From Macrostomum lignano (taxonomy: Eukaryota), in assembly GCA_002269645.1 (NCBI GenBank), contig NIVC01000112.1:16696-80695 (forward strand): a stretch of 64,000 nt of DNA, given 5' to 3'. The notes below the pieces were generated by a model. That model was not told where the DNA came from. It saw only the letters and a list, made by a program, of their open reading frames with translations, and did no database searches. Shown here piece by piece: positions 36,799 through 48,204 of this stretch; within the stretch, counting starts at the first letter, position 1; every line of letters starts with the position of its first letter. The position numbers and the translations under genes are program-made.

Positions 36799-37584
36799 GG
36801 CTCATTCCATATAAGATGGACATATTTGGAAAATAGAAAAAAGTCAATATTTTTGCTTGCCATTGCCTAATTAGCCTATTTTTTTACCAAATGTTTATAT
36901 TGTGCAATATATACAATCTAAGAATAAAGGAATGGTAAAATGTTGGATTAGTATGTTATCAATTGGCAAAAAGTCATTTTTGTAAAAATTTGGACATTTT
37001 TCGAAGCAAAAGACATCATTAAGATTTTGTACCTTTTAAAAACAAATAGAAAGCTTTTGAAGGTTGAAACAAACTATAGATAAAAGTATAGTACTTGCAT
37101 CATCAGATAAAAGCATTGGTGACCAAATAATCTATTATATTTTTAATGTATTAGTACCTCAAAGTTACTGAATTGACAGAAAAAATATGTTACGACCATA
37201 ATGTTACGACTATAAGGCTGCCTTTTCTTTTGTATCTTAGTTGCCTTTTGAGTTTATATATTCTAATAAAAGAGTATGATTTCTAAAGATGTTCTTAGTC
37301 AAATTTTAAAAATGTATTGCAAAATATCAAAAATGAAAAATGTTATAAGACTTTTACCTTTCAGTTTCTATATGTCAAAAATCCTGTCGTTACGACCATA
37401 AGTGTCATTTAAGGTTTAATAGCATCTATACTAATGATGATATCTATAATGAAACTCTATAAATATATTCTAGACAAAATAATCTTTCATTTAAAATATT
37501 GGTTTAGTATATTCTATTATTAGATTTCATTTTATAAGTAAAAATAACCTGTCATGTTACGACCATGCTTATATGGAATGAGCC
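36799..37584. mobile_element. ~790-bp non-autonomous TIR element
   Basis: Perfect 17-bp inverted ends GGCTCATTCCATATAAG (36799-36815) and CTTATATGGAATGAGCC (37568-37584), with repeated internal GTTACGACCATA motifs. No clear TSD. Confidence 0.6.
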
Positions 37585-38562
37585 ATTAGACCTATAAAAA
37601 AGTTAACATTTAAGATAGGCCTCAAGTTAGGCCTATATAAAAAGTTTTGTAGCTATTTATTACCCATAGGCCTAGTCTGAAGGAAGATGCAATAGAAGTT
37701 AAGAATAATAAATTAGTAGGCCTACTTGACAGTTTTTAAAACAACAAAAGGTGTTTCTTTATTCTAGTAAAAAAATTATCAAATGGAATAAAGCATTGCT
37801 AAAAAAGGCCCAAATTTCAAAATCTCCCAAGACTAAGTCCTTAACTAAGTTAGGGCCTGACTTAGTCTTGGGAGATTTTGAAAGGCCCTAATTGGTTCTA
37901 ATATTGTCCCTAATAGCATAGGGCCTAACTTAAAAGTCTTAAACAGTCAAGATAGCTAGGCCCTAGTGCTGTTTTCTGGGGAATTTTCCTTTACAGAAAT
38001 GGATTTGACAAGGCCCACTACTTATTCTGGTGCAGAGAGGATAGCAGGCTATCTACCTAAATTTCTGGACTGATACAAATCCATATGGAATCACTGGAAT
38101 GGCATTGGCATTGGTACAGCTGTACAGCAGGTGCAGGATATCTACCAATATCTATCTAGACTCTAGACTAGAGCCATAGTCATAAATATACTCCCCCTAT
38201 ATGTCATAGGCCTATATTTATATGATATTCCTATTCAAATCAATATTTTTACAGTAGTACAATAATAGAGCGATTATAAATGATGTAATATTAGGCCTAA
38301 GCCTAATATAATGTAGCACCATGGCCTATTTCCTAATTTCTAATGATCCACCGTCTGCGCGGGGAAAAACTTCGCTTTCTTGCGTCAAAAGATGACACAC
38401 GGCTTAACTAATATATATGATGGAGGCCTAATATAGAGCTGAACCCTGGGACCTGCCGCCCTGGGGCTCCAGCCGGCTAAGCCGGGATATAAGTGCGTAT
38501 ATATGCCGTATGGGTTTCTTAGAAAGTTTCGTATCAAATTAGAATCTTTTTTCTTCGTCTCG

Positions 38563-40736
38563 ACCACAGATACTATAAACACTAGATAGGCCACTCCAGC
38601 TAATTTTCACAACACGACAGTTTACTCTACTTTCTGCTTAGTAGTAGTAAAAACATTTTAGCGTTATTTATATTTTTTAAAAATAAAAAAACAGATGAAT
38701 GCAATGCAGCAATTGTATTGATTTTTTTGCAAAAAGAAACTTATAATTATACTTTCCACAATTCAAAGCAACATTGTGAATGCTTTAGATTGCATAGAAG
38801 GCTATATTATTGCAGTCAACTATTGTATATTTAGCAAATACGAGCTATATCATATACTCCATAATCCATATTCGTGTAGCAAAATAGAAAGATTTCTCAT
38901 CTTAATCAGCTCATCTGTTTGTGAAACTCGCAGCGTGCTGTTGAAGAACAGGGTCGCCAGTCGCCCTTGTTCAGAGGCAGCATTCAGAACGGCCCAACAG
39001 ATGAAAAAAAACTGGCGAATGCGCCACTTCAAGGTCCAGGGATGTATCCGATGGAGAGCCAATCCTCAGTGGTTTCGTAACAGGCAGCCGATAAGCAGCA
39101 GGACTTTTGTGGTGCAGCTGCAATGAGCTGCTGATGAGATGACATCCTTTGACCAGAGCACCCCTGACTGCGAGCGCCCTGCCGCCCAGTCGACCGCTGG
39201 AAGCTGCGCTAGCCACGCCTCCACAGTCCATGGATGCACGACTGCGCTGCACTTGCCTTGACCATCGAATGTTGCCGCTGCAGCCGCTTGATTTGCCTGT
39301 CGCTTTCGGGATTGCCGCTGCAGCCGCTTGATTTGCCTGTCGTTTTCGGGATTGCCGCTGCAGCCGCTTGATTTGCCTGTCGCTTTCGGGATTGCCGCTG
39401 CAGCCGCTTGATTTGCCTGTCGTTTTCGGGATTGCCGCTGCAGCCGCTTGATTTGCCTGTCGCTTTCGGGATTGCCGCTGCAGCCGCTTGATTTGCCTGT
39501 CGTTTTCGGGATTGCCGCTGCAGCCGCTTGATTTGCCTGTCGCTTTCGGGATTGCCGCTGCAGCCGCTTGATTTGCCTGTCGCTTTCGGGATTGCCGCTG
39601 CAGCCGCTTGATTCGCCTGTCACTTTCGGCCTCGGGATCGTTGCTGCAGCCGCTTGATCGTTGCCTCTAGCGCTTGGAACCCGCGAATCGGCTGCAGAGG
39701 TGAGAGCTTTCAGCCGCAACAGCTGTTCTCGGCGCAGAATCTGGTAGCCGAAGGTTGCTCTGCCACAGCACTGGCAGCAGGCAAGTCGCAGGCTCGGCTG
39801 CAGATAGATTGCTAATTGGCCCCAGCACTGGAGGGTACATGTCGTCTGCCTCTTCATCGTTTATCAGTCCTTTGCACAGAGGGTAGCTGGTCTATTTGAA
39901 CGAGCCGAGGCAGCATCAACTCTTGGTGTGGGATTGCGTCCCAGCGAAAACAGATGTCTTGCACATCCGTGGCACTTTGTAAGGCAGCAGTAGGCCTCGT
40001 CCATAAAGTGCAAGCTGAACACACGGAGGCCCCGTGATTTAATTGTTTATAAAGGTCAATATCCACGCTCCTGCAGTAGCTGCTGCCAGCGCTTCGCCAG
40101 TGTCATCTTTTGGTAATTTATGCATTCGCAACGGATTTTTCTTTCTCGGATGTTAATAGCACTAGTACAAAGCTCGTGCAAGTGGGAGCACAGCAGTGGT
40201 TCGAATCAAAACATTTCTCGAGTACAAGATTAGATAGAAAAGCTAGTATGCACTCGAACTTTCTTTAACTCTGACTCTTGTCCTGTTCATCTATATAAGC
40301 TTGTATTTAAGCACGATTCGCCACCCCCAAATTTTCTAACCCACAACCTCTCAACCCCCACCCCTAACCCAGGCTAGCTATGTGCAGTCCTTTATTTTCT
40401 ATCCCACCACCAGTGGGCCTAAATTATCGATCCACTCACCCTGCCTTATACGAAACTGATATTAACCCTATTCCAGACTACCCCCCTTCCTCCACTTTGA
40501 AAGATAGCGGCATTGCACACTGTCTGTCGCGTCTTAATGTACACCATTACTGCACAAAACAAGTTAGTTGTTTATGGCGTTAGCAAAACGATGTCTTAAA
40601 AACAGTCACTCGATTTGTCTAATTTAGCAAATAATACTGTTGCTTCCTTTCATTGCTACTAAGCAGAAAGTAGAATAAAAAACTTGCCCAGAAAATTAGC
40701 CTGAGTGGCCTATCTAGTGTTTATAGTATCTGTGGT
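38563..40736 (-). mobile_element. Decayed THAP-domain DNA transposon (P-element-like ends), about 2.2 kb
   Basis: Inverted ends 38563-38644 and 40656-40736, with the outer 34 bp perfect. The minus strand carries broken THAP motifs: CCAPTC (40178-40195), MHKLPKD, LAKRWQQLL, RV(F)SLHF (40005-40025) and a PTP end. Confidence 0.7.
39275..39625. repeat. 40-bp tandem array, about 9 copies, inside the THAP element
   Basis: Unit CGCTTTCGGGATTGCCGCTGCAGCCGCTTGATTTGCCTGT, with alternating C/T variants. Confidence 0.95.
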
Positions 40737-40997
40737 TTAGATATCCGTAACGTTTAGTAGTACACCCACTGCCTCAGGTGATATCCAAGAGGTGTTGCTC
40801 AAAAAAATAGCTCTCTAAAGCAAAGGCCTTAGTTTACGGTAGACCTAATTGCGATTGTACACTTTAAGTCCATTTATTGCAATTAATAGGCTTATCTAAT
40901 GACAGTAGTGGCGCAGCGCAAGCTAGGTGCCTTAAAAGTGAAATTCTTTAATATTTTTGCATGCATTTTTACGCTTTCACTAACGTTAAAGCGTCGT

Positions 40998-41638
40998 CAG
41001 GGGCGTCTGCACCAACGGGGGGACAGGGGGGACATGTCCCCCCCAGTAAAATATTTGGGGGGACATGCCACAATGCTTTGTCCCCCCCCCCCCACCATTA
41101 CCTTTGTGACGGCCGTTATGGAAATTTTGCTGCATGGTGCTAAAATTAGTTCTCGCGGCGCCAAAATGAGTGCCTGCGGCCAGGGGCATCGCCGTGGATT
41201 TTATGGTGGGAGGGGGACAAAGCCAACACTTCTACATGTAACATGTACAGGACTAAATTCCTACATGTACATTATTTTCAGAATCGGTGTTGTCAGCACT
41301 TTTAGCGCCGCAGGCAGTCATTTTGGCGCCGCTGGCACTCATTTTGGCGCCGCGGGCACTAATTTTAGTACAATGCAGCAAAATTTTCATAATAGGTCAC
41401 AAAATTGGTATGGTTGAGGGGGACAAAGCATATGGCAAATGCCCAAATCTTTTACTGGGGGACATGTCCGGCCCTGTCCCCCAGTTGGTGACGCCCCTGC
41501 CTGCGGCGCTAAAATGAGTGCTGACAACACCGATTCTGAAAAAAATAATGTACATGTAGGAATTAGTCATGTACATGTACTACATGTATAAGTGTTTCGT
41601 CCCCGGCCCCCACCATAAAATCCACGGCGACGCCCCTG
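40998..41638. mobile_element. hAT-type MITE (~315 bp) carrying an inverted copy of the same family (41181-41499)
   Basis: Ends CAGGGGCGTC/GACGCCCCTG. The inner copy is flanked by the 8-bp TSD CCTGCGGC (41173-41180 and 41500-41507). Diverged family fragments lie at ~23365-23570 and ~50322-50420. Confidence 0.8.
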
Positions 41639-42072
41639 ACGCTTTTTTGCATGAATTTTTTGCAATAATTTAACACTTCAAAAATCATGGCTGAGCCGCT
41701 GTAATATTATTTTTTTTATATTTGTGCATACACGGTACATGTAATATACATTCATTTAATGCATACAATGTAATGCAATGCATGCATGTACACACATGTA
41801 ATGCACATTCGACAGCTAGTTCCAGGCCCCTTCTAAAATTTTAATATCATTTTCTCTCCCATGCGCGCTCATTCCCGATCATTGACTAACTGTTTTAATT
41901 GTTTGATAATGCCTGAATCGGCTGTACAATTTTCGCAAAAGTCCAGTGCTCACACTGCATGCAGATTTGAGCACGGGTTCGATTAATGTTACTTAATAGC
42001 GATCGATGCAGTCCGTAATTCCAAAAAGGTTTATGATTTCTATTTTATAAATTGCGCAGCCATGCGTGTAAC

Positions 42073-42621
42073 AAGAAGCCCATTTGAATAGGAAACTTAG
42101 TACACGTAGACTAGCTAATTGCATGTAGTTGTCAGCGCAGCGTCATCTGATCTACATGTACATATATATCGCTTCACCCCGATACATCAGCTTTAGCTCA
42201 TCCTGAAACTCCGCGGCACCGCGATACATCAGCTATAGCTCATCCTGAAACTCCGCGGCACCGCGATACATCAGCTATAGCTCATCCTGAAACTCCGCGG
42301 CACCGCGATACATCAGCTATAGCTCATCCTGAAACTCCGCGGCACCGCGATACATCAGCTATAGCTCATCCTGAAACTCCGCGGCACCGCGATACATCAG
42401 CTATAGCTCATCCTGAAACTCCGCGGCACCGCGATACATCAGCTATAGCTCATCCTGAAACTCCGCGGCACCGCGATACATCAGCTATAGTTCATCCTGA
42501 AACTCCGCGGCACCGCGATACATCAGCTATAGCTCATCCTGAAACTCCACGGTGCCGCGGTACAAGATCAAAAGACGCTGACAACTACGTGTACTAAGTT
42601 TCCCATTCAAATGGGCTTCTT
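42073..42621. mobile_element. ~550-bp element with 37-bp inverted ends enclosing a 42-bp tandem array (about 9 copies, 42176-42550)
   Basis: aagaagcccatttgaataggaaacttagtacacgtag (42073-42109) is inverted relative to ctacgtgtactaagttttcccattcaaatgggcttctt (42585-42621). Unit CACCGCGATACATCAGCTATAGCTCATCCTGAAACTCCGCGG. Confidence 0.75.
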
Positions 42622-45600
42622 ATTGTTGCGTGAATGTGCATAAATGTATAGGGCCGCCTGTGCCGACGTGATACCGCTGCTCCTTTAGACGAAAGCATTT
42701 CCCGCTTATGCAAAGGTGCTAGACTACGATCGCGTAGAACTGCGTGCTCTTAAAACTGTCGCAGCAATATCTACGATCGAGCTAGGAGTTTCCCTGTGTG
42801 TACTTTTGCGCAGGTAATTGCATGGGTTGGCCATGTCGATCGCTGTCAGCTTGATACAGTGCAATTTGTATTCGAGTTGGACAGAAACTCGTGCATTTCG
42901 CCAAATTATTCTACTTGAAGTACGCAATCGCGGACAGTTTTTGCATTCGTGTTTAATTTTTTTGCAAATTTAACAGTTGTACTTAAAGTATTTTTGCAAA
43001 AGTCTTTATTTTGACTTACAAATAGGAGGCCATGCATGCAAGATAGATTGTGCATTCTCTCAGGGTACTACTTACTTGCAAAAGTGCATGTACTGATCGA
43101 ATGAATTCATAACAAATGAATGCATTATATAGCACAGTAACAATTATGATGAGTCTATCTTCGATATTCGATAGGTTTTATGTCTTTATTATACATGTAA
43201 AAAGTGCGTGAATACTGTTTGTTGCATGTGCCTGAGAAATGCGAGTCAAAAGTGCTTAAATGTGCGATCATTTCTCAGAAGTCACTGGGTCACAAAGATG
43301 GTCACTCGGCTGAATTTGGGTCGAAGTGCTCACCTGTTGGGAATAAACTTTCCTATGTTATAGAAGGGATACGCTCACCTGATGAACAGCTGCAATAAAA
43401 TACTGTTAAAAGAGACTTGGTTATAGAGAAAAGTCACATATGTTATACATACATCGGTATCGGTTGTCAAGTTGTCAAAGAAAACTGAAAAACAATTAAG
43501 CGAAAAGCAAATTTAGATTGGCAGCAAGGAGCCATGCAGACAGTAAAAGCATCTTAAGTCTGTCTGCATGGGATGCTGGCTGGGGTCAGGGTTCATTGTT
43601 AGGGTTTTTTAGTCGCAGCATGCATAATAGCATTTAGGGGGCTGCTTTACCATACAGAAAATGCAGGGTTCTCATGCACAATGCATAAATAAATTGGTTT
43701 TATACGCAGTTCTGTCTGAGCACTCCGTGTGAACTACAGGACGGCAGCTAAGAGTTGGGTAATTCAACACCCTCCAGTTTCTCTATTTGGAATCCATTGA
43801 GTGACGTCTGCGCTCTCACGCACACAGCAGCTCGCTCTCTCCATCAGCTGCTATGAGCTGCGTTGAGTCTGTCGGAGAAAAGAGCTCAATTTCTCCGCCC
43901 ACTCTGCGTGTCCTCTTTTGCACCCCCGCTGGGTTGTCAGCCACCCCCGCCCTGCCAGCCACCGAAAATCTGTCTTCTTCTTTTTTGTAGTCTTCAGCGG
44001 GCTCAGTCGCGCTTTCTGCTTGGCAAAATTTTCATCCACCTCCATCCCCCGTTTGAACCCCCTGTCCCTGTCTGTAATAAGGCCTTCTCTCCTCTTCAAC
44101 TCTCTGCCTCTGTGCCCCCAGCTCTCACCAGCACTCCTAGTTGCCATGACTACAACCCAGCCAGCATATTCGGGTCCATCCACAAACTCGCTGCGTGAGA
44201 CCGATCGCTGCAATGCAAAGCCAGTCTGTCCCGGCAATTCTATACTCTCTCCCTGCAACCCCCCCTCCCCGACTTGTGCTCAGTTGAGCAAGGCGCTCTC
44301 CTGCTTTCTGTGTGTTTGTGTGTGTACTCAACCGACCCGCGCGGCCTCTCCTTCCTCTCCACTCTCTCCTCATGCCCCATCCAGCTCGATTTTCTCTCCA
44401 CTGTCCACCCCCTCTCCGCGTGAGCTCGGTGAGCCAACAGAGCTCCGTGTGAGTTCTCTCCTTTTCAATCTTCTATCTGCCTAAATAGACATTGCATGCT
44501 CGCTATAGCTATCTCTCTGCCCAGGCGATATTGGCAATTTGAGTCGAGTCCTAAATATACTCAGGCCTCTCCCTGTTTTCGGCCTGCGCTGTCACCTGCA
44601 TCCATGTTCTGAACCCTTCTCAGCAGGCTGCAGTGCTATTCTTATGCTACTCACACGCCCCACCCCCCCCCCACAGGCGCGGGACCACTCGAGTCTGGCA
44701 TTCGTGACGAGGGCGGCCTGGGCTTTACGAAAACAGGCCGCATCTCGCCCCCCCCTGGTCCACGCTGTCTGAGCCACCCATAGCTACTCAGCGCTTTCTA
44801 TGTGCTCAGCGGGTGGGTGCATGGCCGGTCTTGCTCAGGTAAAAAAGAGAGAAGTGAGAAAACACACGATATGAAGCTTAAACAAACATGTCAGGCAATG
44901 CATTAGGAACTTAGATAAAAGCTTATAGAGTATTATTTTACTATCAGTCAGTCCAGTCAGTCAGTCAGTCAGTAGGTCAGGTCCTAATAGTTAATTCAAT
45001 GCGCTCTTATGAGATTTCGACCGAAGTCTCTTTATCCATTTTACCTACGTTAAAGCCCTAGCAGAAATAAGCCTGAATCAAGCTATAATCCTCTTTCACG
45101 CATTTCACATGGGAAAGCGACACTGTAAGGTTTATGTGCACTCCCAGACGTAAATGCGCCGCTCTTGGCTTTGTAAGGCACAATGCAGAAATGACTTATC
45201 ACGAAAGCGTCGTGATGCAAATTTTCTTTAGCAGATACCGCTCGTACATGTATGTATGTATCTATATCCATGTATGTATGTTTCATTGCCAGTTGTCGGT
45301 CACTGAGAAGTCGTCGCTCTCGGTAAATCTTAAGGTGGATAAAAAAATCATCGAGTCTGGAAAACAGCACATCTTTTGCCGGTTTTGCGAGAAAAATAAT
45401 CCAATTTGCGTGTTTCAGCAAATATCGATTCGCGCAGATTTATTTAATATCGGGGGTAGTTTCAGTTCGTCTGGTGCGACAAAGAGGTTTTAAATTTAAA
45501 GACTTCGAAAATTATTTGTTGTTTAATCTCGCAGGTCACAGACGACGATTAAAATTGATCGGATATTGCGTTCAGGAGGCTGACGGACCAGCAAAGGAGC

Positions 45601-45985
45601 TGGTGGACATTTACACAAGGACACGAGTTTTTTTGTGGCGCGATATAGCAATCCGACTGTTTGCTTTTGTGGTTACTCAACTATAAGATTGCCTATCAGA
45701 AATGTCAGAATAAAAACAGTTCGGGCAGATTCTCTTGATAAAGCTTTGATAAATAATCTTTATGGCAGATTTGACAGTTTGCTTTCTGGAGCTAATGATT
45801 CAGTTAGTGATGCTTCATGCAAACGTTGACGTCGGCTTCTCTCCTACTTAATTGAACTTCACATCTCTATTCGCGCTGGGAACAGTTAATAAAACACTGA
45901 TTGGGACAACATTCACGGGTTCGGTCTGTTTCATTGTCGAGACTTATTTCAATGATTTCCAACTCTCGGGCCTGGGCAGTTCGTT

Positions 45986-47890
45986 TCACTCAGTGTAACT
46001 CTTCTTCTCGTGGATCTTCTTGATGACGTCAATCTTGCTGCTGAGACCGCTCCTCAGCTTCTTGTAGGGCTGCTCCTGGGTTCCGTGGATCACCAGAACC
46101 CATTCGCTGATCACTCCGTGGACGCTGGCGTCGGTGGCATCAAGGGCGACCTTCAGCTTCCATTTGCCGCGAGGTGACTCGCCCCACATGTGCGTCGTCA
46201 TGAAGGGCCAGGAGGTAAATCCAACCTTGCTGTCCGCGTCCTTCGGGCGCTTGCTCAGGATGAGCGAGGTCGTACCGGTCGGGGCAGTCAAGAACACGGT
46301 GACGTCACCGCGCCTGGTGGACTTCAGCGTGATGAAGGCCTGCACGTGCTCGATGTAGTTGATGCGGTGCTTCGGATCGTCCTTGCAGGCGTCAGTATCG
46401 ATTTCCATCTCGATGGCATTCTGCACGTTGAAGTGGTAGAGCCTCTTCACTTCGCCAGCGATGCAGTGGAATCGCTCCGGCACAGTCTTCCAGTCCCTGG
46501 CCGTCTTCACGATGTCGCCAGCGTCAAGAACTCCGTAGCCGAACAGGTGGTTGAACTCCAGGCCGGCTGAGTTGACAGTCCAGTCGTGCTTGCCGTTCGG
46601 ATCGTACAGGTGGTTTCTCTTGGAGGTCAGGACCACCAGGTGCTGCATGTCGCGCCAGGTCAGGTTCGAATTGGCCTCCAGGGCCAGAGCAAACACGCCA
46701 GCGGCCTCGGGAGCGGCGGCGCTGGTGCCGCTGTGATGCAGGGTGCACTTTCCGTACAGGTCAACCGTGGCAACTCCAGCGTCCAGAGTCGAAGCCTTGC
46801 CATTGGAGAAGGTAGAGGCCAAGGTGGAGGAGCAGGACTCATCGTACAAAGCGGTCTCGCCATCGTTGGTGGCAGAGTTGATGCTGATGGTCCACATGCT
46901 GGCGGCGTAACCATCGCAGTTGCAGTCGTCGTCCGGACCACCGTCTCCGCTGGCCCACACGAAGATGCTGCCCTTGCCGTTCCTGCCCTTGTTGACGCCC
47001 TCAACGATGGCGCGCATCGTCTCGTTGCGCGGACCGTCGACAGTTTTGCCATCGTCAGTTGGGCCCCAGCTGGCGGAGTAGATGTCAATGATGTCCCGCT
47101 TGTAGGACATGGCGGCCGCCTCGATCAAGTCGGTCATGTAGGGCTGGTCGAGCATCCTAAGGCCGGCAATTTTGCTGCCGTAGGCAACACCGACACCGCA
47201 GATTCCGTTATCACGCTTGGACGAGATTTCGCCGGCGCAGCGGGTGCCGTGGCTGTTGAACCAGTCGTCGGTGTAGCGCGGGTAGGGGTACGGATCGTTG
47301 CTGCTGAAGTCATAGCTGGCCTCCATGTTGTAGTTGTGCGCCAGGTCCGGGTGCATGTAGTCGATGCCGTCGTCCATAATCGCCGTGGTGACTCCGTTGC
47401 CGGTGACGCCCTCCTTCCAGGCCGGCAGGACATTCAAGTCCAAGCCGGGGTAGCCGCCAGCCTGACCGGTGTTCTTGATGTACCACTCCTTCTTGAACAT
47501 GGGGTCGGTGGGCTCATCAGACGAAGCTGAACGCTTTTGCCTGGACTGAGTGGCCTTGGCCGGCTTGAATCCACGCTTCACGCGTTTGAATCCCTCCAGC
47601 TGGACAACTCTGGTGACGTCCTCGTGGTCGGCGATGGATCGCAAGTGTCGGCTAAGAACAGAATCGGCTTCGGGTACCTGGTCGTGAACATAGTGGAACT
47701 CAGTGTCCTTGCCCAGGTGGCGGCGGACCAGCCTCAGCCCGGTGTCCCTGGCGACCCTCTTGGCAACTTCTTCATTTCCAGACTTGAGAGTGACGTGAAA
47801 GTGGTTGGTGAAGAGGCTCTCCTTACTAGAAGTAACAGCCGCGATCACTAGTAGGCACCATCCCAGTAAGATGGCTGCCCTGTTGAACAT
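45986..47890 (-). CDS. PCSK2: Prohormone (neuroendocrine) convertase 2, single coding exon, 634 aa
   Basis: Signal peptide; prodomain with KRVKR and RQKR sites; catalytic D (IMDDGIDY), H (SHGTRCAGE) and S (GTSAAAPEAAG); PC2-diagnostic Asp in the oxyanion hole (WASGDGG); P domain (EHVQAFITL...RRGD). Confidence 0.97.
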   Translation of the reverse strand: MFNRAAILLGWCLLVIAAVTSSKESLFTNHFHVTLKSGNEEVAKRVARDTGLRLVRRHLGKDTEFHYVHDQVPEADSVLSRHLRSIADHEDVTRVVQLEGFKRVKRGFKPAKATQSRQKRSASSDEPTDPMFKKEWYIKNTGQAGGYPGLDLNVLPAWKEGVTGNGVTTAIMDDGIDYMHPDLAHNYNMEASYDFSSNDPYPYPRYTDDWFNSHGTRCAGEISSKRDNGICGVGVAYGSKIAGLRMLDQPYMTDLIEAAAMSYKRDIIDIYSASWGPTDDGKTVDGPRNETMRAIVEGVNKGRNGKGSIFVWASGDGGPDDDCNCDGYAASMWTISINSATNDGETALYDESCSSTLASTFSNGKASTLDAGVATVDLYGKCTLHHSGTSAAAPEAAGVFALALEANSNLTWRDMQHLVVLTSKRNHLYDPNGKHDWTVNSAGLEFNHLFGYGVLDAGDIVKTARDWKTVPERFHCIAGEVKRLYHFNVQNAIEMEIDTDACKDDPKHRINYIEHVQAFITLKSTRRGDVTVFLTAPTGTTSLILSKRPKDADSKVGFTSWPFMTTHMWGESPRGKWKLKVALDATDASVHGVISEWVLVIHGTQEQPYKKLRSGLSSKIDVIKKIHEKKSYTE

Positions 47891-48190
47891 TACCTCTTAG
47901 TTTTTCCGCGTTGATTAAAAGATTTCTCGCTGTCGCACAGTCCTAGACTGCTTCAGATCTGAAGCTTCGAATGGAGAATTAGTGGGGGCAGCCGCTTAGG
48001 ACTGGCGAGGGAAATCAGCAGCTCTCAGCCTTCGTCTTCCAAGGACATTTATGGCAATCGGAGCCGAGGGAGGGAGCGGAGCGAAGGAGAACAGGAAGCT
48101 GGGAGGGGATAGGGAAAAATCGAAGCTGAGTACCAGTTTTTCTATCCCCTTCTCTCCCGCATCCCGGCAGTCCATCCATGTGTTCACTGC

Positions 48191-48204
48191 GTTTCCATGG
48201 TAAC
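48191..48204. promoter_or_regulatory. RFX X-box, 300 bp upstream of the PC2 start codon
   Basis: GTTTCCATGGTAAC matches the X-box consensus GTHNYY-AT-RRNAAC exactly. Confidence 0.6.

Noticed and set aside
39275-42550. 40-bp and 42-bp partly palindromic arrays as CRISPR-like loci
   Set aside because: The units are contiguous with no unique spacers, there are no cas genes and the context is eukaryotic.
46586-47530. 314-aa plus-strand ORF and other ORFs overlapping PC2, ACSL, Hsp110 and ZDHHC exons
   Set aside because: Antisense or alternative-frame shadows of GC-rich coding sequence with no recognisable motifs.
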